From NCBI RefSeq assembly GCF_035594765.1, contig NW_026943818.1:31307559-31371558 (forward strand): a stretch of DNA of 64,000 bases, given 5' to 3'. How positions within the stretch are numbered: the stretch's first letter is position 1; each line of letters begins with the position of its first letter. Source of the stretch: Anolis carolinensis. Lineage: Eukaryota. Shown one piece after another: positions 1 through 12,377 of this stretch. The position numbers and the translations under genes are program-made. The notes below the pieces were generated by a model that was not told the origin of the DNA, did not search any database, and saw only the letters and a program-made list of their open reading frames with translations.

Positions 1-32
1 AATAATAATAATATAATATATAATATATAACA

Positions 33-494
33 TCTCTATATATAAAAGAGTGATGGCATCACGGCGACCCACAAAACAACAAAACTACAGGCCCCCCAAC
101 CTCGAAATTTGACAACACAACCCATCATCCATGCCTCTAGGTTGATACAACAAAAAGAAAAGAAAAATAAAGTCCTAATTAGAGAGAGAGGAATAATTGC
201 TTTTATCCGATTGCTGCCAGTTAGAAGGCTAAGCTCCTCCAACTTGGTCTCCTAGCAACCCAATAAAAAATAATAAAAAAACACTAAAAATAATTTAAAA
301 ACACTAAAAATTAATACAAGAAAATACTATAATAACAGAAAATAGCTAAAAATAATACAAGAAAATAATAAAATATAATAAATAAAAAGATAACTTACAA
401 TAAAATTAATAAAAAAAATACAAATAACGTCAAATAAAAATTACACAACAATTTTTAACCAATAGCACCACCACTTTGCCACAGCAACGCGTGG
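33..494 (+). mobile_element. Non-autonomous Helitron-like element (cut by gap)
   Basis: Same family as 3975-4430; 5' TC, with the subterminal GCCACAGCAACGCGTGG running into the Ns. Confidence 0.7.
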
Positions 495-631
495 NNNNNN
501 NNNNNNNNNNNNNNNNNNNNNNNNNNNNNNNNNNNNNNNNNNNNNNNNNNNNNNNNNNNNNNNNNNNNNNNNNNNNNNNNNNNNNNNNNNNNNNNNNNNN
601 NNNNNNNNNNNNNNNNNNNNNNNNNNNNNNN

Positions 632-900
632 GGGACAGAGGACTCTTACAAGTCAAACAAGCAGTCAAAGAAGAAGAACATGCCCTGGCAGAAGATGGAA
701 AGCAAAGTGAAGAACCTGCCTTGATTGAAGTCACAAATCAGAAACTCCTCAAAGCACAGCAGACAAAAAACCAGTACAAGAAAACCACACTACAAACTAG
801 AGCTGACAACTGGCACAACAAAACATGGCATGGAAAGTTCCTTGACAAAATTGAAGGAAAAGCAGATAAGGAGAAGACCTGGCTGTGGCTCACAAATGGG
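632..900 (+). mobile_element. Internal Dong/R4-like retrotransposon fragment
   Basis: Translation ..WHNKTWHGKF..KTWLWLTNG resembles the segment between RT and CCHC knuckle in RLE elements; bounded by a gap and a MITE remnant. Confidence 0.55.
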
Positions 901-1285
901 AATGTAGTCAATGTTTTCAATATATTGTGATATTTTGGTGCTAAATTCGTAAATACAGTAGTTACAACATAACATTACTGCGTATTGAACTACTTTTTCT
1001 GTCAAATTTGTAGTATAACATGATGTTTTGGTGCTTCATTTGTAAAATCATAAACTAATTTGATGTTTAATAGGCTTTTCCTTAATCCCTCCTTATTATC
1101 CAAGATATTCGCTTATCCAAGCTTCTGCTGGCCTGTTTAGCTTGGATTAGTGAGACTCTACTGTAGTAATAATGATAATAATTATTTAATTATATATATA
1201 TTAAAATCATGTAAACAACAGTCCATGTAAACAACGCATCAATAATAAACATGAAACACCATAATGTCAACAGTTAATAGAGGGA

Positions 1286-2737
1286 TCTGCATAAAAGGGG
1301 GCGTGTCCTTGAGGAGTGTTGGGGATAGGAGGAACAGAGGCATTTGCATAAAAGGGGGCGTGTCCCTGAGAAGTGCCAGGGGATGGGAGGAGGAGATAGA
1401 GAGATTTGCATAAAAGGGGGCGTGTCCCTGAGAAGTGCCAGGGCATTGGAGAAGAGAATGGAGAGGCATTTGCATAAAAGGGGGCGTGTCCCTGAGAAGT
1501 GCCAGGGGATGGGAGGAGGAGATAGAGATTTGCATAAAAGGGGGCGTGTCCCTGAGAAGTGCCAGGGGATGGGAGGAGGAGATAGAGACATTTGCATAAA
1601 AGGGGGCGTGTCCCTGAGAAGTGCCAGGGGATGGGAGGAGGAGATAGAGACATTTGCATAAAAGGGGGCGTGTCCCTGAGAAGTGCCAGGGGATGGGAGG
1701 AGGAGATAGAGACATTTGCATAAAAGGGGGCGTGTCCCTGAGAAGTGCCAGGGGATGGGAGGAGGAGATAGAGACATTTGCATAAAAGGGGGCGTGTCCC
1801 TGAGAAGTGCCAGGGGATGGGAGGAGGAGATAGAGACATTTGCATAAAAGGGGGCGTGTCCCTGAGAAGTGCCAGGGCATTGGAGAAGAGAATGGAGAGG
1901 CATTTGCATAAAAGGGGGCGTGTCCCTGAGAAGTGCCAGGGCATTGGAGAAGAGAATGGAGAGGCATTTGCATAAAAGAGGGTGTGTCCCTGAGAAGTGC
2001 CAGGGCATTGGAGAAGAGAATGGAGAGGCATTTGCATAAAAGGGGGCGTGTCCCTGAGAAGTGCCAGGGCATTGGAGAAGAGAATGGAGAGGCATTTGCA
2101 TAAAAGGGGGCGTGTCCCTGAGAAGTGCCAGGGCATTGGAGAAGAGAATGGAGAGGCATTTGCATAAAAGAGGGCGTGTCCCTGAGAAGTGCCAGGGCAT
2201 TGGAGAAGAGAATGGAGAGGCATTTGCATAAAAGGGGGCGTGTCCCTGAGAAGTGCCAGGGCATTGGAGAAGAGAATGGAGAGGCATTTGCATAAAAGGG
2301 GGCGTGTCCCTGAGAAGTGCCAGGGCATTGGAGAAGAGAATGGAGAGGCATTTGCATAAAAGGGGGTGTGTCCCTGAGAAGTGCCAGGGCATTGGAGAAG
2401 AGAATGGAGAGGCATTTGCATAAAAGGGGGCGTGTCCCTGAGAAGTGCCAGGGGATGGGAGGAGGAGATAGAGAGATTTGCATAAAAGGGGGCGTGTCCC
2501 TGAGAAGTGCCAGGGCATTGGAGAAGAGAATGGAGAGGCATTTGCATAAAAGGGGGCGTGTCCCTGAGAAGTGCCAGGGCATTGGAGAAGAGAATGGAGA
2601 GGCATTTGCATAAAAGAGGGTGTGTCTCTGCAGAGTGTCAGGGGATAAGACAGAATAGAGATGCATTTGCATAAAAGGGGGTGTGTCCCTGAGGAGGAGG
2701 AGGGGCCTGAGAGGGATTAGCATAAAAGGGGGCGTGG
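1286..2737. repeat. Minisatellite, 62/64-bp units, about 23 copies
   Basis: Core ATTTGCATAAAAGGGGGCGTGTCCCTGAGAAGTGCCAGGG; abuts the RFX donor at 2745. Confidence 0.95.
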
Positions 2738-2745
2738 TGTTTTAC

Positions 2746-5700
2746 CTGTAGAAGGACCACTGGAGCAGGAAGTGCCGTGCGGCGGAGGGGAGCCGTGGTT
2801 TGCCCAGGTGTGGGCGGAGGGCATGTGACAGTGCGCTCTCCATCCATTGGGCCCACTGCTCCAGGGAGCTCTGCCGGCCCAGGGCGCGCTTGAAGCCCCG
2901 CTCCAGCCGACGCACCAGGCCGGCATCTTCCTCGGCCGCCGCCTCCTCGTCCTCCTGGGGGCCCCACCGGCAGACCCAGGCGGCCTGCTCCTGCACGCGC
3001 GCAAAGTCCACCCGGTTGAGGTCGCGCAGCATCTGGCCGGTCTGGGACGGGCTCTGGAGGACGGCCCGCGCCGCCTGCGCCAAGTGGTTCAGGGAGGTCT
3101 GCCGCCGCAGCGCACGCCCAAAGGCACTCACCGACCCCAGCTGCACCCAAGAAAATAATCATAATAATCATAATAGAATCCTAGATTTGGAGGGGCTCCC
3201 AAAGACCATCCAGCCCACCCACTGATTCTTTCTACCATTATGCAGAAAATTATAGACGTAATAATAATAATAGAATCCCAAAGGCCATCCAGCCCACCAC
3301 CTCCTTCTTTCTGCCATTATGCAGAAAAAGAAATAATAATAATAATAATAATAATATATTACAATAATAATAATATTTTTTCCGGTGCCTTACTTTGGCC
3401 TGGAGGATTTGTTGCGGGAAGCCGGTCATGGCGCTGGCCAGCCACCCCTCGAGGCCCTTGGCGAAGGTGCGGATGGACTGCGTCAGCGTCCCTGCAAAGA
3501 AGAGGATGGAGAGCCATGTGCCAAGGCCACGAGCTCAGGGGATCCTAGAGGTCATCCATCCGGACCCCCTTGTTCCTTCCCGCCTCTTCCTCCTCCTCCT
3601 CCTCACCGGGGACGGGTCGCAGGACGTCCGGGACGAGGGTCTCCAGGAGGGTCTGGAAGAGGAGCCGGTCACAGCTCTGCATCCAGGACACAACCGGGCT
3701 CAGGCCACACAGGGCGGTCAGTCTGGACCGAGGGAGGAAGAGCCGGACGCTGGCAAGAAAGGGACAAAGGAGGCGTTAAAAGGGAGACATGCAGACCCCC
3801 TCCCCACTTGTTTACTTGCTTATTTATTTGTTTACCTGTCGGTGTTGTTGTCATCGCTGGACAGGGCCTCGGAATTCCAAAAAGAATGCCAGAGCGTCTC
3901 GATGTAGGCGAACTCAAGGCTCTTGACCACCTCCACATTGGCCTGAGAGAGAAACGGGCAAGAGCATATAGATATCTATATATATAAAAGAGTGATGGAA
4001 TCCTGGCGACCAACAAAACAGAAAAACTAAACACCCCACAACCTCGAAAATTGACAGCACAACCCATCATCCATGCCTCTAGGTTGATACAACAAAAAGA
4101 AAAGAAAAATAAAGTCCTAATTAGAGAGGGAGAGGAATAATTGCTTTTATACAATTGCTGCCAGTTAGAAGGCTAAGCTCCTCCAACTTGGTCTCCTAGC
4201 AACCCAATAAAAATAATAAAAAACACTAAAAAAAATTGATACAATAAAATACTATAATAACAGAAAATAAATAAAAATAATACAAGAAAATAATAAAATA
4301 TAATAAATAAAAAGATAACTTACAATAAAATTAATAAAAAAAATGCAAACAACGTCAAATAAAAATTCCACAACTTTTAACCAATACCACCACCACTTTG
4401 CCACAGCAACGCGTGGCCGGGCACAGCTAGTGTACATATAATACAGTAGTCTCACTTATCCAACATAAACGGGCCGGCAGAATGTTGGATGAGCGAATAT
4501 GTTGGATGATAAGGAGGGATTAAGGAAAAGCCTATTAAACATCAAATTAGGTTATGATTTTACAAATGAAGCACCAAAACATCATGTTAGACAACAAATT
4601 TGGCAGAAAAAGTAGTTCAATACGCAGTAATGCTATGTAGTAATGACTGTATTTATGAATTTAGCACCAAAATATCACGATATATTGAAAACATTGACTA
4701 CAAAAATGCGTTGGATAATCCAGAACGTTGGATAAGCGAGTGTTGGATAAGTGAGACTCTACTGTATATATATAAAAGAGTGATGGAATCCTGGCGACCA
4801 ACAAAACAGAAAAACTAAACACCCCACAACCTCGAAAATTGACAGCACAACCCATCATCCACGCCTCTAGGTTGATACAACAAAAAGAAAAGAAAAATAA
4901 AGTCCTAATTAGAGGGAGAGGAATAATTGTTTTTATCCAATTGCTGCCAGTTAGAAGGCTAAGCTCCGCCCACTTGGTCTCCTAGCAACCCACTCACCCA
5001 GGGGACAGGCAGGGTTAGGCCTCACTTAGGCCTCTTCTACACTGCCTATAAAATACAAATTATCAGATTTTAACTAGATTAGATGGCATTGTAGACTCAA
5101 GGCCCTTCCACACAGCTATATAACCCATTTATAATCTTATATTATCTGCTTTAACTGGATTATCTGGACTCCACACCTTGACCCTTGACCTTAACTACCA
5201 CCAATTTCTCAATACTTTATTTCCCATACCACCAGACTTCGCCACAGCAACGCGTGGCCGGGCACAGCTAGTAATATCTATATAGAGAGAGATTATTGCT
5301 ATATACAATGATCGTATCCATATAATGAAATAAAATGATGAACCCTAATAATAAGGCTCTAAAATAATAATGATAAAACTATTATAATAGTAGTAGTAGT
5401 AGTAATAATAATAAAACTGATATAATAGTAACATTAATAATAATCATCATAATAATAAAACTGATGTAATAATATTATTAGTAATAAACTGATATAATAG
5501 TAACATTAATAATAATCATCATAATAATAAAACTGATGTAATAATATTATTAGTAATAAACTGATATAATAGTAACATTAATAATAATAATAATAATAAT
5601 AAAACTGATGTAATAATATTATTAGTAATAAACTGATATAATAGTAACATTAATAATAATAATAATAAAACTGATGTAATAATATTATTAATAATAAACT

Positions 5701-8700
5701 GATATAATAGTAACATTAATAATAATCATAATAATAATAATTAAACTGATATAATATTAATAGTAATAAACTGATATAATAGTAACATTAATAATAATCA
5801 TAATAATAAAACTGATAATACTAATAATAATAAAACTGATATAATAATATAAATAATAAACTGATATCATAGTAATATTATTAATAATAATAAAACTGAT
5901 ATAATAATAATAATAATATGATATAATAGTAACATTAATAATAATCATAATAATAACAAAACTGATATAATAATATTAATAACAATAAACTGATATAATA
6001 ATATTAATAGTAATAAACTGATATAATAGCAACATTCATAATAATAGTAAAAATAAAATGATATAATAGTAACATTAGTAATCATAATCATAATAATAAA
6101 ACTGATATACAGTAGAGTCTCACTTATCCAACATAGTTATATTGTTATTCTATTATAATAAATAAAATATAATAAGTATATGTATATACAGTAATAATAA
6201 TAATAATAAACTGATATATTAATATTAATCATAATAAAATTAATATAATAGCAACATTCATAATAATAGTAAAAATAATAAACTGATATAATGGTAACAT
6301 TAATAATAATAATAATAATAAAACTGATATATTATTAATAATAATAATCTGATATAATATTAATAATAATCCTAATAATAATAAAACTGATATAATAGCA
6401 ACATTAATAATAGTAAAAATAATAAACTGATAATAGTAATACTATTAATCATCATAATAATAATAAACTGATATAATAGTAACATTAATAGTCATAGTAG
6501 TAATAATAAACTGATATGATAATATTACTAACAATAATAATAATTGATATAATAGTAATAGTATTAATAATAAACAGATATATTAATATTAATAATATTA
6601 ATATTAATAATAATGATAGGTGCCCACTGGCCTCGCAGTGCCGTCGGTAGAGGATCTGCAAGGTTTTGGCCTCGTTCGACTGCACCGCGTTGCTCAGCGC
6701 AAGTCCTTCCAGGCCAAGGGTCGGGAATTCAGGAAGGACGCGGGTCACGTCTGCATTGAGGAAGCAAGCATTCATTAACATGGCCACCAAGTGCTCTATA
6801 AGTAATATAATATAATATAATATAATATTCTCACCTATGAACTGCTGGTGATGCTGGCTCTGGGAAGCCGCAACCTCCTCCGTGTCTGGCTTTTGGGCGA
6901 TAATCCTAACAATATAATAATAATAATAATAATAATAATATAAATAATATAAATAATATAAATAATCCTAATATCATACTAATAATGGGATATAATGATG
7001 CTGTATAATAACAACATACTTTGGGTGCTGCTTGTGCTGCTGCTGCTGGGGCTCCTTTGTTTCCTCTTCCTCTTCCACTTCCGCTTCCTCTTCCTCTTCC
7101 AGGCGGCGGCTGAGCGGGGAGCCGGGCTTGAGGCGGATGCCGTAGTAATGGTACTTGGAGTTGCCCCTGCAAGAAGATGGTGGTGGGATATAAATAACGT
7201 ATTACTATTATTATTGATTCATTTATATTTATGTATGTTATATATATATAATTCACTATACTTATTTATTATATTATATTCATTATTAACTATATTTATT
7301 TACTATTATATTTATTATTCATTATATGTATTATATTTTACTTATTATTCACTATATTTATTTATTATAGTATATTCATTATTCACTATATTTATTTACT
7401 ATATTATATTTATTCATTATATTATATTTATTATATTATATTCATTATTCAATATCTTTATTTATTATATTATATTTATTCATTATATTTATTATATTAT
7501 ATTCATTATTCACTATTTTTATTTACTATATTATATTTATTCATTATATTTATTTACTATATTATATTTATTCATTATATGGTATTTATTATTCATTATA
7601 TTTATTATATTTAATATTCATTTTATTTATTTATTATATTTAGTATTCATTATACTTATTTACTATATTATATTTATTCATTATATTTATTATTCATTAT
7701 ATTTATTTACTATATTATATTTATTCATTATATGGTATTTATTATTCATTATATTTATTATATTTAATATTCATTCATTTATTATATTTAGTATTCATTA
7801 TATTTATTTACTATATTATATTTATTCAATTTATTTATTATACTTATTAATTATCCACTATATTTATTTATGACATTTATTATTCAGTATATTTATTTAT
7901 TTACCTTATTTATATATTTTTATTTATTTGCCTTATTTGTTATTGTTATGCGTGCGTGGCCCTTACCGTGTGCCGAGCCTGCGTGTGCGGATCCCGAGGA
8001 AGACGGACCGGAGGAGCTTCCCGAAGGAGGCGGCGTTGAGGGGCTCCATGGCGGTGGCAGTTGGCGCCCGCTGGCCCTGACAGTGGCGCAGGTAGTGTCC
8101 GTAGAGAGCGCTGCGGGGCACGCTCACCCCTTCCGCCGCCTCGTAGTTCTCCAGCAGCCACGACAGCTGCAAAAAGGATTGGTGAACTGAACTGAAAATA
8201 AGCAACTAGGCCTAGCTTCTCACTCTCACACAGCGTTGCCTGAACTAAACTCAAGGTAAGGAACTAGGCCTAGCTTCTCACTCTCACACAGCGTTGCCTG
8301 AACTAAACTCAAGGTAAGGAACTAGGCCTAGCTTCTCACTCTCATGCAGTGTTGCCTGAACTAAACTCAAGGTAAGGAACTAGGCCTAGCTTCTCACTCT
8401 CATGCAGTGTTGCCTGAACTAAACTCAAGGTAAGGAACTAGGCCTAGCTTCTCACTCTCATGCAGTGTTGCCTGAACTAAACTCAAGGTAAGGAACTAGG
8501 CCTAGCTTCTCACTCTCATGCAGTGTTGCCTGAACTAAACTCAAGGTAAGCAACTAGGCCTAGCTTCTCACTCTCATGCAGTGTTGCCTGAACTAAACTC
8601 AAGGTAAGGAACTAGGCCTAGCTTCTCACTCTCATGCAGTGTTGCCTGAACTAAACTCAAGGTAAGGAACTAGGCCTAGCTTCTCACTCTCATGCAGTGT

Positions 8701-11215
8701 TGCCTGAACTAAACTCAAGGTAAGGAACTAGGCCTAGCTTCTCACTCTCATGCAGTGTTGCCTGAACTAAACTCAAGGTAAGGAACTAGGCCTAGCTTCT
8801 CACTCTCATGCAGTGTTGCCTGAACTAAACTCAAGGTAAGCAACTAGGCCTAGCTTCTCACTCTCATGCAGTGTTGCCTGAACTAAACTCAAGGTAAGGA
8901 ACTAGGCCTAGCTTCTCACTCTCATGCAGTGTTGCCTGAACTAAACTCAAGGTAAGGAACTAGGCCTAGCTTCTCACTCTCATGCAGTGTTGCCTGAACT
9001 AAACTCAAGGTAAGGAACTAGGCCTAGCTTCTCACTCTCATGCAGTGTTGCCTGAACTAAACTCAAGGTAAGGAACTAGGCCTAGCTTCTCACTCTCATG
9101 CAGTGTTGCCTGAACTAAACTCAAGGTAAGGAACTAGGCCTAGCTTCTCACTCTCATGCAGTGTTGCCTGAACTAAACTCAAGGTAAGGAACTAGGCCTA
9201 GCTTCTCACTCTCATGCAGTGTTGCCTGAACTAAACTCAAGGTAAGGAACTAGGCCTAGCTTCTCACTCTCATGCAGTGTTGCCTGAACTAAACTCAAGG
9301 TAAGGAACTAGGCCTAGCTTCTCACTCTCATGCAGTGTTGCCTGAACTAAACTCAAGGTAAGGAACTAGGCCTAGCTTCTCACTCTCATGCAGTGTTGCC
9401 TGAACTAAACTCAAGGTAAGGAACTAGGCCTAGCTTCTCACTCTCATGCAGTGTTGCCTGAACTAAACTCAAGGTAAGGAACTAGGCCTAGCTTCTCACT
9501 CTCGTGCAGTGTTGCCTGAACTAAACTCAAGGTAAGGAACTAGGCCTAGCTTCTCACTCTCATGCAGTGTTGCCTGAACTAAACTCAAGGTAAGGAACTA
9601 GGCCTAGCTTCTCACTCTCGTGCAGTGTTGCCTGAACTGAACCCACATCATCTCCCTGAACGACGCAATCTATTTTCGGTAAAAAACGCCACGGCAAGGC
9701 ACACTCACGTGGCTGTTCAGAACGACGTTTTTCCGGGGGCCCGGGCTCTTCTGCAGCCTCTCCGTGGCCGTCTCCAGCTGGGAAGCAGAAAAGACAGCTT
9801 TAGGATGCTGTGGTTGTATTATGATTTATTTATTATGAAGCAGAGGGCACGATGGCCATCTGTCGGGAGGGATCGAATGGTGCTTTTCCCGCTCGACTTG
9901 ATCAGGGCGGGACTGGATGGCCCAACAGCATCTCAACTCTTATNNNNNNNNNNNNNNNNNNNNNNNNNNNNNNNNNNNNNNNNNNNNNNNNNNNNNNNNN
10001 NNNNNNNNNNNNNNNNNNNNNNNNNNNNNNNNNNNNNNNNNNNNNNNNNNNNNNNNNNNNNNNNNNNNNNNNNNNNNNNNNNNNNNNNNNNNNNNNNNNN
10101 NNNNNNNNNNNNNNNNNNNNNNNNNNNNNNTTCATTATTTATATATTTAATTATATTTATTTATTATCTTTATTATATTTACTATCTTTTTATATATTTA
10201 TATTTGTTTTCTTATCTTTATTATTATATTTATTTATTCACCTCATTTATACATTTATTTACATTTGAGTATTATCTTTATTATTACATTTATTTATTCG
10301 CCTCATTTATACATTTATTTACATTTGAGTATTATCTTTATTTATTTACCTTATTTACCTATTTATTTTTATATATTTATTTATCTACCCCTAAGGGGAC
10401 TCAGTACGGCTCAAAAAAGGCAATGAATTCAATGCCTTAACATACAAAATAAGATTGAATCATATTAATTAAAATTCATACCTACCTATCTATCTCTATT
10501 CTATCTATGGCGGGATGGCCATCTGTCGGGAGGGATTGGATTGTTCCTTCCCCATTGATATGTTATAGGGTTGGTCTCGGTGGTCTTTGGGGTCCCATCT
10601 CGGAGAGACGATGATATGCCAATCACACACACACACCTGGGTCTCACCTGCAAAGGAGGGGGCTGGAAGAAGGGGGCGGAGCCAGGATGCTGAGGGGGCG
10701 GGGCAAAGGCAGTAGATTGACAGGTGACGGACATTGTCCCATTGGGATAAAGGGCCGCCTCTCCCCCTTCGAGGAAATGGATCTGCACCGGGAAGCGATG
10801 ATGATGATGATGATGGACCTAGAGATAAAGCAGAGGGAACGCTAGGAATATTGGGAAGGGCACCCCAAAGGTCATCCAGACCAGACCACAAAGAGAGAAA
10901 GATAGAGAAGGAGATAGGAACATAGAAATATTGAAATTTTGGATATATTAAATCCAAAATCAAAGCTTGTCAGGAACCAGAAACAAAAGAATTCAGGCCT
11001 AGCTTCTCACTCTCACGCAGCGTTGCCTGAACTGAAATCAAGGTAAGCAACTAGGCCTAGCTTCTCACTCTCATGCGGAATAAACCAACAAATAAATAGA
11101 AACATGTATTGACCTGTTGGGAGGCGGGGACCGGCTGCACCACCGGGGCCTGGACCGAGGATGACCGCAGGGAGACAATGGCCGACCGGCCGGAGACACC
11201 TTCGGACGCCTGCAT
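2746..11215 (-). CDS. RFX2: RFX-family transcription factor, most similar to RFX2 (divergent; 3'-partial)
   Basis: Phase-consistent exons (minus): 11215-11114 (MQASEG..), 10818-10648, 9777-9709 (LETATERLQK..LNSH), 8166-7967 and 7166-7020 (winged-helix DBD ..AASFGKLLRSVFLGIRTRRLGTR/GNSKYHYYGIR), 6905-6835 (QSQHHQQFI), 6750-6632 (..YRRHCE), 3942-3836, 3749-3607 (..PDVLRPVP), 3491-3394, 3140-2746 (TSLNHLAQAARAVLQ..WSFY). YRRHCE, FWNS, TLTQ, FPQQ and the N-terminus favour RFX2 over RFX1/3. The C-terminal exons were not found in the window, and one exon may lie in gap 9944-10130. Family is certain; orthology is inferred. Confidence 0.8.
3975..4430 (+). mobile_element. Non-autonomous Helitron-like element
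   Basis: A|TC..CTAG|T ends, no TSD, subterminal GC-rich hairpin GCCAC..GTGGC; about 10 related copies in the window. Confidence 0.8.
4444..4764. mobile_element. Tc1/mariner-type MITE
   Basis: Same TIRs and TA flanks; partial copies at about 901-1163 and 6110-6133. Confidence 0.8.
4765..5271 (+). mobile_element. Helitron-like element, variant interior
   Basis: Shared 5' block and ..GGCACAGCTAG|T end; abuts a MITE. Confidence 0.7.
5400..6600. repeat. AT-rich degenerate tandem repeat
   Basis: Recurrent AAACTGATATAATAGTAACATTAAT with (TAA)n spacers. Confidence 0.85.
8205..9640. repeat. Minisatellite, 58-bp unit, about 25 near-identical copies
   Basis: CCTAGCTTCTCACTCTCATGCAGTGTTGCCTGAACTAAACTCAAGGTAAGGAACTAGG; about 1.4 further copies at 10996-11076. 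Confidence 0.95.
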
Positions 11216-11261
11216 CCTCTTCCCTGGGGTGGATCGATTCATAGGAAGGCATTGATTATGA

Positions 11262-11299
<38 letters not shown>

Positions 11300-12024
11300 C
11301 AACACAACGTCGTTGTATGGCACAGCAAACAAGATGGATATGCTGGATTTCGTTTCACAAAACCACAAGTCGAACACTTCCCAAGTGTCTAGGACTGTGT
11401 GATGTATTTTCTGATGATGTGTGCAGATCCCAGTAGGGTGGCCTTTTGCAGTTGGCAGATGGTGATTTTGTCAATGTCTATTGTTTCCAAATGCCGGCTG
11501 AGATCTTTTGGCACAGCACCCAGTGTGCCCATCACCACCGGGACCACCTGCACTGGTTTCTGCCAGAGTCTTTGAAGTTCAATCTTGAGGTCCTGAGAGC
11601 GGCTGAGTTTTTCCTGTTGTTTTTCTTCAATGCGACTGTCACCTGGGATGGCGACATCAATGATCCAAACCTTTTTCCTTTCCACAACTGTGATGTCTGG
11701 TGTGTTGTGTTCCAGAACTTTGTCAGTCTGGATTCGGAAGTCCCACAGTATCTTTGCGTGCTCATTTTCCAATACTTTTGCAGGTTTGTGATCCCACCAG
11801 TTCTTTGCTGCTGGGAGGTGGGACTTGAGGCATAAGTTCCAATGGATCATTTGGGCCACACAGTTATGCCTCTGTTTGTAGTCTGTCTGTGCGATTTTCT
11901 TACAGCAGCTGAGGATATGATCAATGGTTTCGTCGGTTTCCTTGCACAGTCTGCATTTTGGGTCATCAGCTGATTTTTCAATCTTGGCCTTAATTGCATT
12001 TGTTCTGATGGCTTGCTCCTGGGC
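11262..12024 (-). mobile_element. 3' end of a Dong/R4-clade (RLE-type) non-LTR retrotransposon
   Basis: ORF 11389-12024 has a CCHC knuckle (CRLCKETDETIDHILSCC), RHN, and restriction-like endonuclease motifs (TPDI..IIDVAIP..K), then a 3' UTR and a (TAA)n tail. Confidence 0.85.
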
Positions 12025-12026
12025 CT

Positions 12027-12377
12027 CAGGTGCCACCTTGCCCCCCCCCGCAGGTGCCACCTTGACGTGGTGGGGGGGCTTAGCTGCTCCAATGATGACT
12101 GAGGGCTGTGCTGGCGGTAGTGTAACTACCGGCAGGTCCAACCAAGCCAGAGAGGCCTCAGCTGAGGAGCACAACCAAGAGCACCTAACCCATTAGCATT
12201 ATGGAGAATCAAACCCAAACGAAGTCTATACTGGCTCGGTCGTCGCCCAGGATAAAAAGGACCGCGGTGGATGCGGCTGATTCTGGACATCCATCGACAA
12301 GTGGGCTACGGAATCATCAAAACCCAAATGAACAGTCACAGAAGCGGCAGAAATATACAATGCCAGAAAACCGCACA

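Noticed and set aside
1239-2723. Three overlapping 426-494 aa ORFs
   Set aside because: Translations of a stop-poor 62/64-bp minisatellite that cycle through all frames; intronic.
6995-7873. Ile/Tyr/Phe-rich ORFs here and at 40660-41470
   Set aside because: AT-rich low-complexity sequence; ORFs that span N gaps were also ignored.
12085-12171. Calling the box C/D fold an intronic snoRNA
   Set aside because: It is antisense to the host gene, embedded in a retroelement leader, internally base-paired, and has no evident guide sequence.
11389-12174. The 261-aa ORF as an intact gene
   Set aside because: Chimeric: the first 50 or so codons come from the inverted leader and the rest is a truncated retrotransposon C-terminus without RT.
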